NCBI RefSeq assembly: GCF_016433145.1
Contig: NC_058130.1
Coordinates: 114,505,349-114,569,348 of the forward strand
DNA from: Gracilinanus agilis
Lineage: Eukaryota
DNA: 64,000 nt
Reading direction: 5' to 3'
Below are positions 25,986 to 38,197 of the stretch, one piece after another. The position numbers and the translations under genes are program-made. The notes below the pieces were generated by a model that was not told the DNA's origin, did no database searches, and was given only the letters and a program-made list of their open reading frames with translations. Every line of letters begins with the position of its first letter. Position 1 is the stretch's first letter.

Positions 25986-26479
25986 ATCTAAGAGTTGGAA
26001 GGAAATGCATCCAATTTATATCCACCGTGCATCTTTCCTCTTGTCTTTAGGGTTGGTTATCATTTTGATTCTTCTGAGATCAGGAGATCAGATATTCCCA
26101 GAGTTGTAGTCAGAAGATTTCACCAGAAGTGTATGTATATTAAAGGAAGAAGATATTGTAACAGTAAATAGTTTGGGATCTTTCAGCTCAATACAATTCA
26201 ACCAGCATTCATTTATTAAGGCACTGTGCTTAGCATGGGAGCTACATAGGCTAAAACAAGATAATCTCTTTCCTCAAGGAGTTTACATCCCAATGGGATG
26301 ACAAACCACATCCACGGGTAAATGAATATGAGATAGATTAAAAATAAATAAATATGAAATAATTTCTGGATACCAGTGGGGCAAATCCACAAAGGCATCT
26401 TTTAGGAGATGACAATTGAAATTATCACAATTCCTCAATCCTGCTACTTAGTCCTCAGCTGATTATTTATAGAGCTTTG

Positions 26480-26725
26480 TTGTAGGCAGCTCAGTGATGT
26501 GGTGGATCAATCGTGCTGGATCTGGAGTCAGGAAGACCTGAGTTCAGATCCTTCCTGAGATACTAGCTTTGTGACGCAAGGCAAGTCTCTTAACTCCTCA
26601 GCCTCAAGCTCTCCACCTGTAAAATGGTGATGATAATAGGACCTACTCAGAGATGCTTGTAAGGATCAGATGAGGTAACACATGTAAAGTGTCCTGCAAA
26701 CCTTAAAGCTTAAATATTATATTTA
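26480..26725 (+). mobile_element. MIR-type SINE
   Basis: TGGATCTGGAGTCAGGAAGACCTGAGTTCAGATCC...CACCTGTAAAATGG...ACATGTAAAGTG. Confidence 0.88.
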
Positions 26726-26961
26726 TTATATTATGTTTTGTTATATCATATCATATCATGTCATGCCATGTCATATTATATTATACCACAATATATCACA
26801 TTACACTATAATATATTATATTATAACTAGTTAACTATTATTATATGAGTACGTATATGTACATATATTATTAGACTAACTTGATGGGTTGTTTATTTAG
26901 CTATATTTCATAGTCTTGGTAATATACCTTTCTTTATCCACTTGGTTTTTCCATGTCATAC

Positions 26962-27139
26962 CAATCTCTTTTGCATTGTCATGGATGTCATTGGGGAAAG
27001 TTTTCCATTTTGGGGTGCTGGTTCTAATAAATATATTTTCAGATCATTTTGAAGATTTTTGAAGACCATCATCATGAGAAGAGAATCTTTCCTTTGGGAT
27101 CTGTATAGGAGATTTTCCAACATTCGTGAAACCATAGAC
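26962..27139 (-). CDS. Candidate internal coding exon, 178 nt (SMVSRMLENLLYRSQRKDSLL...KIYLLEPAPQNGK...MQKRL)
   Basis: TTCTAAG acceptor, TTG|GTATGA donor, one open frame, non-repeat sequence, phase-compatible with exon 28219-28278. Confidence 0.45.
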
Positions 27140-27200
27140 CTTAGAAATCTCATACATTTCCCAAAATATACATTTGGCTAAGGCAATCTTTATATTTATT

Positions 27201-27241
<41 letters not shown>

Positions 27242-27444
27242 ATACATATATACACACATACACATACACACATGCATACGTACATGTATGTGTACAATAT
27301 GTGTATGCAAATAAAAGTAAATTTCTGTATCTATGTGTTTACTTTGACATGTATGTATATATTTATTTTACTTTGATATGTATATGTGGTGTGCATATAT
27401 ATATGTATACAGGTATAGTTATATGCCTAAAGATAGGTACTAGA

Positions 27445-27665
27445 CTATGATTTCATCAGTCTAGGGAGGGAGTCTCCTGATAAGGAAACAACCTCCACTA
27501 ATCCTGGACAACAACTTTTCTTCGGTTTATAGTATTAAGAGAGTTTCCTAGAGGACTGAGAGGTTATGATTTACCCCAGGTCACATAGTCTATGTCAGAG
27601 GTACAACTTGAACCCAGGTCTCCTCAACCATGAGACTAGCTCTCCATTCATTCTGCTTTGCTGCC
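27445..27665 (-). mobile_element. CORE-SINE with RTE-type tail
   Basis: TATGATTTCATCAG...TAAGAGAGTTTCCTAGAGGACTGAGAGGTT...CAGGTCACATAG. Confidence 0.7.
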
Positions 27666-28218
27666 TGTGAGAGTATACATATATGCATGTCAGTATGTAA
27701 ATATTGCAAAATAAATTTGCAGAATTTTATACTTCCAATTTCCCCCCCATTTTGGCACGCATATTTTTTCAACTTTTGCAAATAGCCCCATCTGATGCAT
27801 CCCTGTTTGTTCCAAAGTGAAAGATGTTTCCCTGTTTTAGTATTGTGCACGTACTAGCACTTGGCAGCCTTTCAGGATTTTATGATAAACAATAGTGAAT
27901 AATTAATGAATCATTTGAGCTGATCCAACCAGCTCTAACTACAACAGACAAGCTTTCACAGGGTTTCTTCTTTGTTGACACAAGCTAACTAAGATGTGGA
28001 ACCCCTGATAAAGCCTCAAAGCACAATATCAAGTTCTCCTAATCTATTTTTCATTCTTACTGCTTATAAACGAGCAAGACAACTAAAGGGAACATTGCCA
28101 TTTCCCCCCTCTCTGTTGAGTCACAGCTCTTCTCAAGGACAGAAGTTTTTAGAAATGTTTGTTTTTCATTCTCTCACTTCAATAACAGGATGAAATGTTT
28201 CCCCAGGGGATAACATAC

Positions 28219-28278
28219 CTTAGCATGGCTTGTCCTCTCAACACCAAAGAAACTTGGGCTCCCTCGAGTGGTGACTTA
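28219..28278 (-). CDS. Candidate 60-nt exon (KSPLEGAQVSLVLRGQAMLR); contains GCCATG at 28226-28224
   Basis: Canonical branch point TACTAAC at 28314-28308 (branch A about 30 nt from the AG), TGTTAG acceptor, AAG|GTATGT donor. Confidence 0.5.
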
Positions 28279-29337
28279 CTAACATGACAGATAAGAAGAC
28301 ACATCAAGTTAGTATTTGTAAAGGACTCAAAAAGTTTGGAAACTGTGGGATGTGGCGCACATAGGAAGAAGCCATTTTGTCCATCAGAGAATAAATTTGA
28401 TTTAACAATGATAGGCACTTTAGTAACTAGCAAACAATGGATTTCTGTTGTTAGTATATATTCAAACATCTTTGAGATGGGAATTTGAATTAAAATTTTT
28501 TTTTGTTGTTGCACTTAATGTAATTATTTTAACTTCTTTTCATTGTGAAATTTCTGGTAGAGGCAGGTTATTGTAATGGAAAGATCATTGGATTTAGAGT
28601 CAAAAGACCTACATCTGACCCATAATTATCTATCTGACACTAGGGACAGGTAATATTATTATCTCTGTAGGTTTTCCTTTCAATATCTGTGAAATGAAAG
28701 GAAGGGTTTGTCTAGAAGAGCTCCTAAAAATCTCTGAAGTTCCTTCCAATTCTAAAACTCTATGGCTCTAAGTAGTCCCTTTGTTGAAATCTGAATAGTA
28801 TTCTAAGGTCAGGATGATTTTGAAACATACAAGTCTTTTAAACATACTTTGATTTGACGTCAGGATGGAAAGAAGGAAGATTTAGGGGGAGGAAGAACAT
28901 TTTTAAGTTTCTGTTTCTGAAAGTATAAATCATGAAGAATATCACTTAATGAGTTTAGGATAAAGAAATGTACAAGATATATGTTGAATATATGTGAAAT
29001 TTTTGTTCTCAAGAAAGTGACAAATCTAACCTCCTAAAAGTCTTAGTGCAGCATTAAGCTTTGACTACATCCAGAAGGATAAACTTACAAAAACTTTGAA
29101 AGGCTAATTCTTTAAATATGCAAATATTGGTATTTCTTATTAAAATTCAACATAACTACCATCTTGTGGTATGTACAGTTCTAATTGTTTTCTAACTTTG
29201 TAAAAACTTTTATCAGTAGTGACTCAGTGACTGAAAAGACTGAATTTTGATCCTAGCCTGAAGATTATTGAAGGGTTTGGGGAGATAGATCATGTGACCA
29301 AGGTGGCCAAGCAAGAGGATCTCCTTTACCAATTTAC

Positions 29338-29404
29338 CAGTCTAAGAGAGTTTCATCCAGAAACTATTCAGCACACAATGCATAACGATAGAATATCCAA
29401 TCCT
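29338..29404 (-). other. Candidate 67-nt exon with in-frame TAG (DWIFYRYALCAE*FLDETLLD): 5'UTR exon or disrupted coding exon
   Basis: TTTTTAG acceptor, CTG|GTAAAT donor, end phase matches exon 28219-28278; stop at 29366-29364. Confidence 0.3.
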
Positions 29405-30371
29405 CTAAAAATTATAATTTATTTTCCAAAATTCACACCACTCAATAATCACAAAAGAAATTCAAGTAATTAAACAATTAAATGATTGTGTGTGTGTGAG
29501 CTTGTAGCATTTATACTTCTGAAATTATTAAAGCTTAAAACTGCACTAAAACTTTTGAGTCACTTCATGCTTTTATTCACATATATACACATATATACAT
29601 ATGTACCCACATACAAAACATGTATATGTGTGTGTATGTACATAACTATGTAGCACCTAGCTTCACTTTCATTGTGCCATCCCTGTTGTTAGACCAAGTC
29701 TAAACTCTACAGCATGTCATTTCAAAACTACCACCAACTGGCCCCATTACCTGTTCTGCCTCGTCTTCCTCTACTCTCTGGTCCAGACAGGCTATCCTGT
29801 CCTAGCCCCCACACAGAACATGCTTCCCCCCTCCATCTCCAGACTTTTGCTTGTGCTGTTTTTCCCCACCTGCAACTTCCTTACCCCTCCCCTTTGACAA
29901 TGAAAATCTGTTTTTCCTTTAAGACTTATACTTCTGTTAAAAAAGGTCAAATCCATCCACTATGAAGCCCTCTCTAGCCCAATTCATTCATTCAGCAAAT
30001 TTATATTACTGCGTTAGGCTCTGTAGCCACAAAGATTTTAAAAATGGCGCAATCCTTGCCATCAAGGAATTTATAATTCCAAGAGAATGCAACAAGTCTC
30101 TGGGAAAATGTTATGTGATAAAGTGTGATAGGGTCAAAGGACCTGTTTGACTGCCCAAGGGAAAATTAAGGAAGGGGCTAACACTTAGATCAGGGGATGA
30201 GTAAAGACTTCCTGGAGGACATAATCCTTGAAGGAAGATGATGATTCTGAATGGTAGAGATGAAGAGGGAATGTATTCTCACCATGAGAAATATGCTATA
30301 GAAGGCATGGAGGTAGAAAGTAGAAAACGGAATTTGAAAAAAAAAATCTAGTAGTCTAATTTGGGCATAAT

Positions 30372-30512
30372 AGAGATGTGCTGGTAAATATTTAACAATC
30401 AGGATTTAAAGTTTAATCTGCATTATTGCACTTTCTTAAGTCTAGATTTTTTAAAGTGTAAATGCTCACTGAAAAGTTAATCATTGTAAGTATACCGGAA
30501 CTGATTCTAGCT
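30372..30512. mobile_element. Old non-autonomous hAT (Tip100-like) remnant
   Basis: GATGTGCTGGTAAATATTTAACAA...AAGTTTAATCTGCATTATT...TGTAAATGCTCACTGAAAA. Confidence 0.5.
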
Positions 30513-30796
30513 GTCAAATGGAGTGGATAAAAGGGAATAATCTAAAGGTTGGAAGATAGATTGAGGACAACAGATCATGAAACACATTTCCTTCCTCTTG
30601 CTAATTAAATAGGGGACAATGGAAGCAGAATGTTGCATATGCTGTCAGATATGATTTCTTTATCCATAGATTTTAATTAATTTTTGGTTTTGTTACCCCA
30701 AAAAAGGTTCATTTGGGAGTGAGGAAGTGGGGGAAGAGATTTGAGATACTTTGAAAAGGAAATTTTAATGGAACTTATTTTTAAAGATAAGTTTGA

Positions 30797-30982
30797 GGGC
30801 AGCTGGGTAGCTCAGTGGAGTGAGAGTCGGGCTTGGAGACAGGAGGTCCTAGGTTCAAACCCTGCCTCAGCCACTTCCCAGCTGTGTGACCCTGGGCAGG
30901 TCACTTGACCCCCATTGCCCACCCTTACCAGTCTTCCACCTATGAGACAGTACACCGAAGCACAAGGGTTTAAAAAAAAAAA
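30797..30982 (+). mobile_element. Young SINE1-type element (short-tail subfamily)
   Basis: TSD AAAGATAAGTTTGAG at 30783-30797 and 30983-30997; poly-A tail. Confidence 0.96.
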
Positions 30983-31855
30983 AAAGATAAGTTTGAGCTG
31001 GATTTTGGAGGGTCTTAAATGTCAGGCTAAGGATTCTGTATTTGATTCTAGAGACCCGATCCCCACCACCAATCAACTCCACTTAGTTAGCTAGAGACTA
31101 TCATCAATCAATGAATCAGTAAACTTTTACTAAGTTCCTACTATGTGCCAGGCACTACACTAAGTGCTGAGGATACAAAAAGAGGCGAATGATAGTCCCT
31201 GCCCTCAATGAACTTATAATTTAAAGGGTAATCAATATATGCAAAGCAAGCTATACCTGCACTTTACAGAGCCCATTCGGGAGAGTCTCTTTCCTAGCTT
31301 CAACTATCTCTGCATATGAGTATAGTAGAGTTTGAATGGACTCTTATGTAGTTGTCATAGTCCCTAGGAGTCCTAGTTGGATATTGCCTGGTGAAGTCAT
31401 TGAATCAGAAGCCACTGACTGGTGATAGCTACCTTTAAGAGGCAATTAGGTGATGTAGTTGTAATAGATAGAACTTTTAATAATAGTAGTAATAATTTTG
31501 TTCATTAAGCTATTAGAATTCTATCGTGATTCCAACTATTACTTATTATGTTTAGAAATATTGTCTTGTTATCGTAGCCTACAGACCCCACCAATTTTAG
31601 TAATCTGATTAATATGGTGGGGCAGTTTTCAAAGAAGGGCACTTATTTATCCTAGAAATGGAAAGAGATTTTATAATTCTATGAAATGAGTCAACAGTGC
31701 CATATGGCTTCTGGAAAAGCTAATGTGATCTTAAGCTGCATGGAGAGAGGAACTAAGGAGGTGATCATCCCATTCACATAATCTTCCCTTGTCAGACAAC
31801 ATCTAGACTACTCTGTTCATTTGTGGGAATCACATTTTCAGAAGGACAATGACAA

Positions 31856-32050
31856 GGGCAACTAGGCAGAATAGTTGAGAGAGTACCAGACCTGGAGTTG
31901 AGAGGACCTAGGTTCAAATCTGGCCTCAGACACTTCCGAACTGTGTGACCTTGGGCAAGTTGCTTAACCCCAATTGCCTAGCCCTTACTGCTCACTCTTT
32001 TCTCTTAGAATTGATACTGACAAAAAGTACGTTGTTTTTTTTTTAATTTA
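31856..32050 (+). mobile_element. SINE1-type element within an L3 fragment (about 31620-32130)
   Basis: GGACCTAGGTTCAAATCTGGCCTCAGACACTTCC; imperfect TSD AAGG(A/T)CAATGA(C/T)AA. Confidence 0.85.
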
Positions 32051-32789
32051 AAAAAATTATAAGGTCAATGATAATCTGAAGAGCATCCAGAAAGAGCAAC
32101 TGCAGTGTTCATAGGATCATAGATTGAGAAATAGAAGGAATCTCAATGGATATTCTTTACAATTCCTTTAACTTATTGATGGGAAACATGAGGTCCAGAG
32201 AGAAGTTAAGTGATTTGTCAAAAAGTCTCATAGGTAAGTAGGAGAAATTGGATTCAACCCAGCTCCTCTGAACACAAATCTATGACTTTTTCTGCAGCAC
32301 TATGCCATCTGTAAAGGACCTTAAGATCACTTAAAATTTTGCAATATGCTTTATTTCCATGATTTTCATTTGTTCCTTTCAGTTGACCTATGAAGGGAGG
32401 AATATATCATTATACTCATTTTACAGATGTGGAAATTAAGGTTTAAAGAGTTTATCACTTGCCTAAGGAGTTATAGAAAATATTTTCTCCATTACAGAAA
32501 ATATGCTCTGGATAGTGTCCATTTTCATCCTTTTATGTTGGTGTTTTGGGGAATCACATCCCTGTATTAGGGAAGGAAGAAGAGTTCAAGAATACCTTCT
32601 GTAGGAGCAAATGCATTCTAGCTCTACAAAGAAAGTATAACCAAAATTGCAAGCTAGCCATCAGCAGAAGACTCAAAACCACACTCACTTTCATAGCTAG
32701 AAAGAGGTGAAAAAGGATTTGAACCCAGTTCTTCTACCTCTAGATAAAGCATTCTCTCAATATATCACACTACTACTGACAAAGAAGAC

Positions 32790-33095
32790 TTAGGGGATGA
32801 CCTAAAAGCTGTCTCCAAGTATTTAGAAGTCTATCGCATGCAAGAGAAATCAAGCTTTTCTTCTTGGTCACAGGGGACAGAACTAACAGCAAGAGGCAAT
32901 AGATGCAAAGAGGCAAACTTCAGTGTAAGGAAAAATGTCCCCACAATGCTATTAAAAAGCAGAAGAGGCTTTCTCTGGAGGCAAATGAAGTGTGGATGAC
33001 CACTTGTTTGTGATTGTATATTATAGATTGGTATTCAGACATGGCTTAGACTGGATGCCATTTTAGATTTCTTCCAACTCTGAAATTCTGTGATT
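32790..33095 (+). mobile_element. L3/CR1 3' end
   Basis: GCTGTCTCCAAGTATTTAGAAG...TTCCAACTCTGAAATTCTGTGATT. Confidence 0.75.
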
Positions 33096-33495
33096 TCAGA
33101 AGTTCATTCATTGTACTTGGTAAGTCCCAAACTCTTGTTGTTGTTGTTGTATCATTTTGCCTATAGAGGGCATGTTCTTTACAGTGGTACCAAACCTTCT
33201 GTGTGCGTTGATGTTCTCAGGCAGACAATGACTTTAGAGACTTTAGAGTAGAATTCTATGGGCCTTAGTTGAGATGAGCTGTTATTATTAACACAAAATG
33301 GAGCAATGATGATATGTAAACTCTTGAAAGAAATGTTTATTACTTCTAGGTGTCATCTGTTTAATAACTTCTCATTCTACTTCTTTTTGTGTCTCTGTAT
33401 CCATAATTCAGAAATCAACCCATTAACTAAAATGACCCTGCCCCAGTACTTAGAAACATCCATAAATATGCAAATCATTAGAAATGCTACTTCTG

Positions 33496-33781
33496 AAAAA
33501 ACATAGGATTGATCATATGGTTCAATGGGGATATGATTGGGGATGTTGACTTTAAATGATCACTCTGTTGCAAATACTAATAATATGGAAATGGGTTTTG
33601 AACAATGATACATGTAAAACTCAGTGGAATTGCTCATTGGCTCCGTGAGGTGGGGAGGGAGGAGGAGAGGGAAAGAACATGAATCAAGTAACCAAGGGAA
33701 AATATTCTTAATTAATTAATTTTTTTAAAAAGAAAAGAGTGTAAGTAAAGCATTAAATATATATGTATACATATATAAAGG
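33496..33781 (+). mobile_element. 5'-truncated L1 with TSD
   Basis: TSD AATGCTACTTCTG at 33483-33495 and 33782-33794. Confidence 0.88.
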
Positions 33782-35381
33782 AATGCTACTTCTGCCTTGA
33801 GATAAATAGAATAAACTCCTAACCAAATTCAAACTAGTCTTCCTGATTCCCTATCTAAAGTCACAAAATTAAGATTCTGAAAGCCTGAATATTTCATAAA
33901 TGCCTATCAATATCTCAAATGATTTTAAAAGATTATCTGAATGTGAATACAACATAATGATCTCTTTACAAATAGCCATTTTTCTATCTTATCAAGAAAT
34001 TTTAGATTCAGAGTTGGAAGGGATCTTAGAGATCATTTACTCCAAGGACCTCACTTTACAGATAATGGAAATGAGTCTTAGAAAGATAAAGTGTCTTCCT
34101 TGTCCAAGGTCACACAATTAGGAAGTAGAAGGGCTAGCATTTGAAGCCTGGTCTTCTACTTTCCAAGGTTAGCCCTTTTTTTCAAATGAATTGAATTCAT
34201 TCATTCACTCAATTATTTATGAAATATTTATCAAATATCTGCTATATGTAAGACACTATACTATGTGCTAGAGATGCAAAAATATATACAATGTTCTCTA
34301 TTCACAGAGAACTTACAATCTAATAATACATGAGCCATGATAAACATAATATGTATACATATATTCTCAATACTTTATATATTGTGCACTAAAAAATGGC
34401 ATTTACAAAAAAGTTGTTGACAAGAATTAGAGAGCAGGGGGATAATTCAATCAATCCAAATGTAAATGTACCGTGTCCCTAACTAGTAATTATTAGACCA
34501 TTTCCACTTTCATAAGAAGATCTTACTCTCAATTATTTGCTGGGAAATAAATGAGTAAACTAATAATGATGCTGGGGGATCTTTTTCTTGCTACCCCAAT
34601 AGATGGCTCAGAAGAGATCCTTTGTAATTCATTCTCAATACCATATGTCTCTGTTGACATTAAAGTGCTTAGTTCCAAATGAGTTGGCTTCATTCAAGCA
34701 TCTTAATTCGAGTGGATGATTAGATCTTAAGCTAAAAACCTATTAGGATGTAAGCACTTATGTTTCTGAAAGGTATTAAGGGAACGTCATAGTGTGGTTG
34801 CAGATAAATCCTCTGTATCTAGTAGTGGGTTGGTTAAACCTCATTTGATCTGCAAATAACATTTTTAAAATGAGCTTCAGTGTTCAAAGTTAAGCATAAC
34901 AGAAGTAATCTGCCAGTTCTGTTATGGAAAATTTGTCTTGGATGGTATCTGTTTTCATCCTTTGATATTAGTGTTTTGGAGGATCACATCCCTGAGGTAG
35001 AGAATAGCCTAAAAGGTCCAGAATATCTTCTATGCGCATAAATATTTTATTTCTACCAAGAAAGGTTGCAAAATGCAAAGCTAGCAAAGCAGCAGAAAGT
35101 CCCCTCTCACTTTCACAGTGTCTGTTCCACAAATTGTGCCTTTTCAAAAAGCCCATACAGATCTAAATGAAACTGGATGCCATTGTTGTTACTGCTATCT
35201 AACCACGTGTATGGTTGAGACTAATGGGATTTCCCCTAGCCCATTAATATACTTTAGCCCCTTTAATATAATGACATAATCCTAGAAAATTTGATATTGA
35301 ACCACATCAGTAGCCAGCATGGCAATCTACATACAGCAGATATGAATTTAATTTGGCATATTTGGGGAGATATTTGTTCAT

Positions 35382-35414
35382 CTTACAAATATTCTCCTCT
35401 ACTCCCAGGTAAGT
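35382..35414 (+). promoter_or_regulatory. Recursive-splice-site-like motif (3' splice site directly followed by 5' splice site)
   Basis: CTTAC branch-like motif, TTCTCCTCTACTCCCAG, then GTAAGT at 35409-35414. Confidence 0.3.
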
Positions 35415-35444
35415 ATACTTCTACAAGAATAAAAATTTCTAAAG

Positions 35445-36410
35445 TACTCAGTTAGTAGATTTGTGATTTCATCAATTCTGGAATTATCTCCAAAGTTTCA
35501 GGTCAAAACAGATCCCTGCCAGCCCATCCTGTTTAACTTTTATCTATGTTCTCCTACCATAAGAACTCTACTCAATGTACTGAAGACATTGCTATTTTTC
35601 TCACAGCATCACAAATTTACCAGTGGAGCATCTTGGCTCTTCACCTGCCATCCCTCACTTATTGCCACCATCTTCTCTTTCTGTCATACAATTCCTTGAT
35701 GATATCTGGTACTCCTTTCTTGTTATATGTTGTAACATGGTCACATACACCAAGGTTTCTAGGGAAACTTTTCAACAATTCTTAAAAGATATAACAACAG
35801 AAACAAACCTCTTCAGTGACCTCCTGATGCTAATTATTAGGTTAAATATAAGATGGAGGAATCTTTGCACAATGAAAATATTCACCACTATGATTAGAGA
35901 CCCAATGGAGAGTCCTCCTGGAGTGGGAGGTCCTTCATATGTTCTTATTTGTGACTGATATTGTATCAATTGCTTCAAGCACCAAGACATCATAGAGTTA
36001 CTAGAAGAGATCTATAATCACTCGAGGCTAGCTTGGGTTGTCCATCCACATAGGAAAGACCAAACAAATGAATGATATGTTTTTCCAGATATCATGTANN
36101 NNNNNNNNNNNNNNNNNNNNNNNNNNNNNNNNNNNNNNNNNNNNNNNNNNNNNNNNNNNNNNNNNNNNNNNNNNNNNNNNNNNNNNNNNNNNNNNNNNNN
36201 NNNNNNNNNNNNNNNNNNNNNNNNNNNNNNGCACAGAGAAGAAAGAGAAAGAGAGTAGGCTGGACTGTTTTTGGGAAACTGCAGATCACTCATACTAATC
36301 CTCAGCTTCCCACAACAACTAAGGACTGTTTTTCCAATACAGACATTTTTTACCAGTGTTACTGTGTGGCAATGAGAACTCTAGCACCCCAGCCTCTGAA
36401 GAATTAAAGC
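35445..36410 (-). mobile_element. RTE LINE with inverted 5' portion (35760-36410 on +, about 35755-35445 on -)
   Basis: + strand: FLKDITTETNLFSD..., EVLHMFLFVTDIV (degenerate FADD, 35948-35959), LSIHIGKTK, RKRVGWTVFGKL; - strand: MLQHI...DIIKELYDRKRRW and tail GATGAAATCACAAATC. Confidence 0.8.
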
Positions 36411-38018
36411 AAAACAAAAAATCCAGAGAATGAGTTCCAGGACCAAAGTTTCTTACTTATGTTCCTGCAGGGAGGTCTGCAGAGATCTTGTCATCCCTAG
36501 GTTTAGTTTAAACAAAAAAATAAAGAGGAAAAATAGGTTGGTCCACTATTAGCCAACTTCAAAGGCAGCTGCCTTTTTTTTCTGTTATAGAATTTAGAGG
36601 TGCTTGAGACCTCAGAATTCTTGGGATCATAGATGGAGAGCTGGAAGGTACCTTAGAAGTCATCTGATCCACCTCTCCCATTTTGCATATGAAAACAAGA
36701 TGGTCCAGAAAAGTTGCTGAGTGATATGTACAAGATCAGTAAATAGCAGGATTCAAATCCAGATCCATCTCCTCTAAAGCTAGTATTCTTTCTACTGCAT
36801 ACCTTTCACTGCTACTGCAGTAAAGTTGAGTTTTGATGAAAAAATCCTATGAAATAGTCATTGAGTGATCAATGTTTCTTATTCTAAAATCTTGGAATAT
36901 CTTACATCATTGTATCAGTTACTGATGGTTCATTTGTAGCCCATTAGCAAATAACAATGGAAGAGAAAGACAATGGACATATACAATATAATGGGAAAGG
37001 ATTCATAAGTATATATCAGGATGCTCACTGTATTGATTTAAATATCTTCATTCTTCTGAACTCATGGTTTATCATTGCATTGATTAGAGTTCAAAACACT
37101 TTCAAATTTAGTTTTCTCTACAACATTTTTATGTAGTTTGTTCTCATTCTCATTTTCCAGTTTCCTTTAAATTGAACTCTTTCTCATTGAGGTGCTACCT
37201 CTGTTGATTGAGATTACCTCAATATTGATTGAGATTATAGATTTGTTTTAGCGAACTATCTGAATATCCAAATTAATTAGAAGCCATACTCTAAACTCCA
37301 TATAAACTTTAAAATATAAATTATTATTATTGACAATAATCATCCTATGTTTAATGTGTGGCCCTTCTCATTTTATAGGCAACTTGATGATGCAATGGAA
37401 AAAATATTGGACTTGGAGTCAAGAGATACCCGAGTTCAAATTCTGCCTTTAACACTCACTAGCTAAATGACTATGGGCAAGTCATTTATCCTTCCTGAGC
37501 CACAGTTTCCTCTTCTGTAGAATAGTACAAACCTTACAAAGTTGTTGTAGAAAGTCAATGAGATAACATATTTAACATGTTTTGCAAACCTTTTTGCCTG
37601 AGATGTCAATTATTATTTTGAGAGACACAATGTCTTAATAAAAAGGTGAGAGTATAATACTAAAAATTTGAAATATCACAGAAAGATAGAGGGATGCTTA
37701 GTGGTATTCAAATTACTCTAATTAAATAATGAAAATCATATCTTATTCATTTGCTTAACCTCAGCCTAAGTTTCCTTGTCTGCAAAATGGGGATAATAAT
37801 AGCATTATAATAATATTCTCAGAGGTTTGGGATGAAGGTGAAATGATATAATATGTAAAGTGTTTTACAAACCTTAAAGTGCTATATAAATGTTAACTAT
37901 TATTGCAACATGGTGCTGGTAAAAATTGCTGAAACAATTGGAAAGTAGTTTGGCCAAAACTAGGCATAGATCAATATCTTACACTATTCTCTAAGTTAAG
38001 ATCAAAATGAATACATGA

Positions 38019-38197
38019 GGGGCAGCTGGGTAGCTCAGTGGAGTGAGAGTCAGGCCTAGAGACAGAAGGTCCTAGGTTCAAACCCAGCCTCAGCCACTTC
38101 CAGCTGTGTGACCCTGGGCAAGTCACTTGACCCCCATTGTCCACCCTTACCACTCTTCCACCTATGAGAAAATACACCGAAGTACAAGGGTTTAAAA
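38019..38197 (+). mobile_element. Young SINE1-type element in L1
   Basis: TSD AAAATGAATACATGA at 38004-38018 and 38198-38212. Confidence 0.96.

Larger units (their letters stand above)
29985..31250 (-). mobile_element. L2 3' region, fragmented by later insertions
   Basis: CATTCATTCAGCAAATTTAT..., AAGTTCCTACTATGTGCCAGGCACTACACTAAGTGCTGAGGATACAAAA. Confidence 0.7.

Noticed and set aside
25591-25990. Minus-strand CAG|GTAATT donor with coding-looking upstream sequence
   Set aside because: Upstream part is RTE; the remaining frames are closed
34642-34731. 90-nt open minus-strand exon candidate (LRSNHPLELRCLNEANSFGTKHFNVNRDI)
   Set aside because: Weak splice sites with a competing AG, and phase does not fit the next candidate exon; not excluded but insufficiently supported
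35463-36407. Cluster of ORFs (35623-35958 etc.) as a host gene
   Set aside because: The translations match RTE reverse transcriptase motifs with frameshifts
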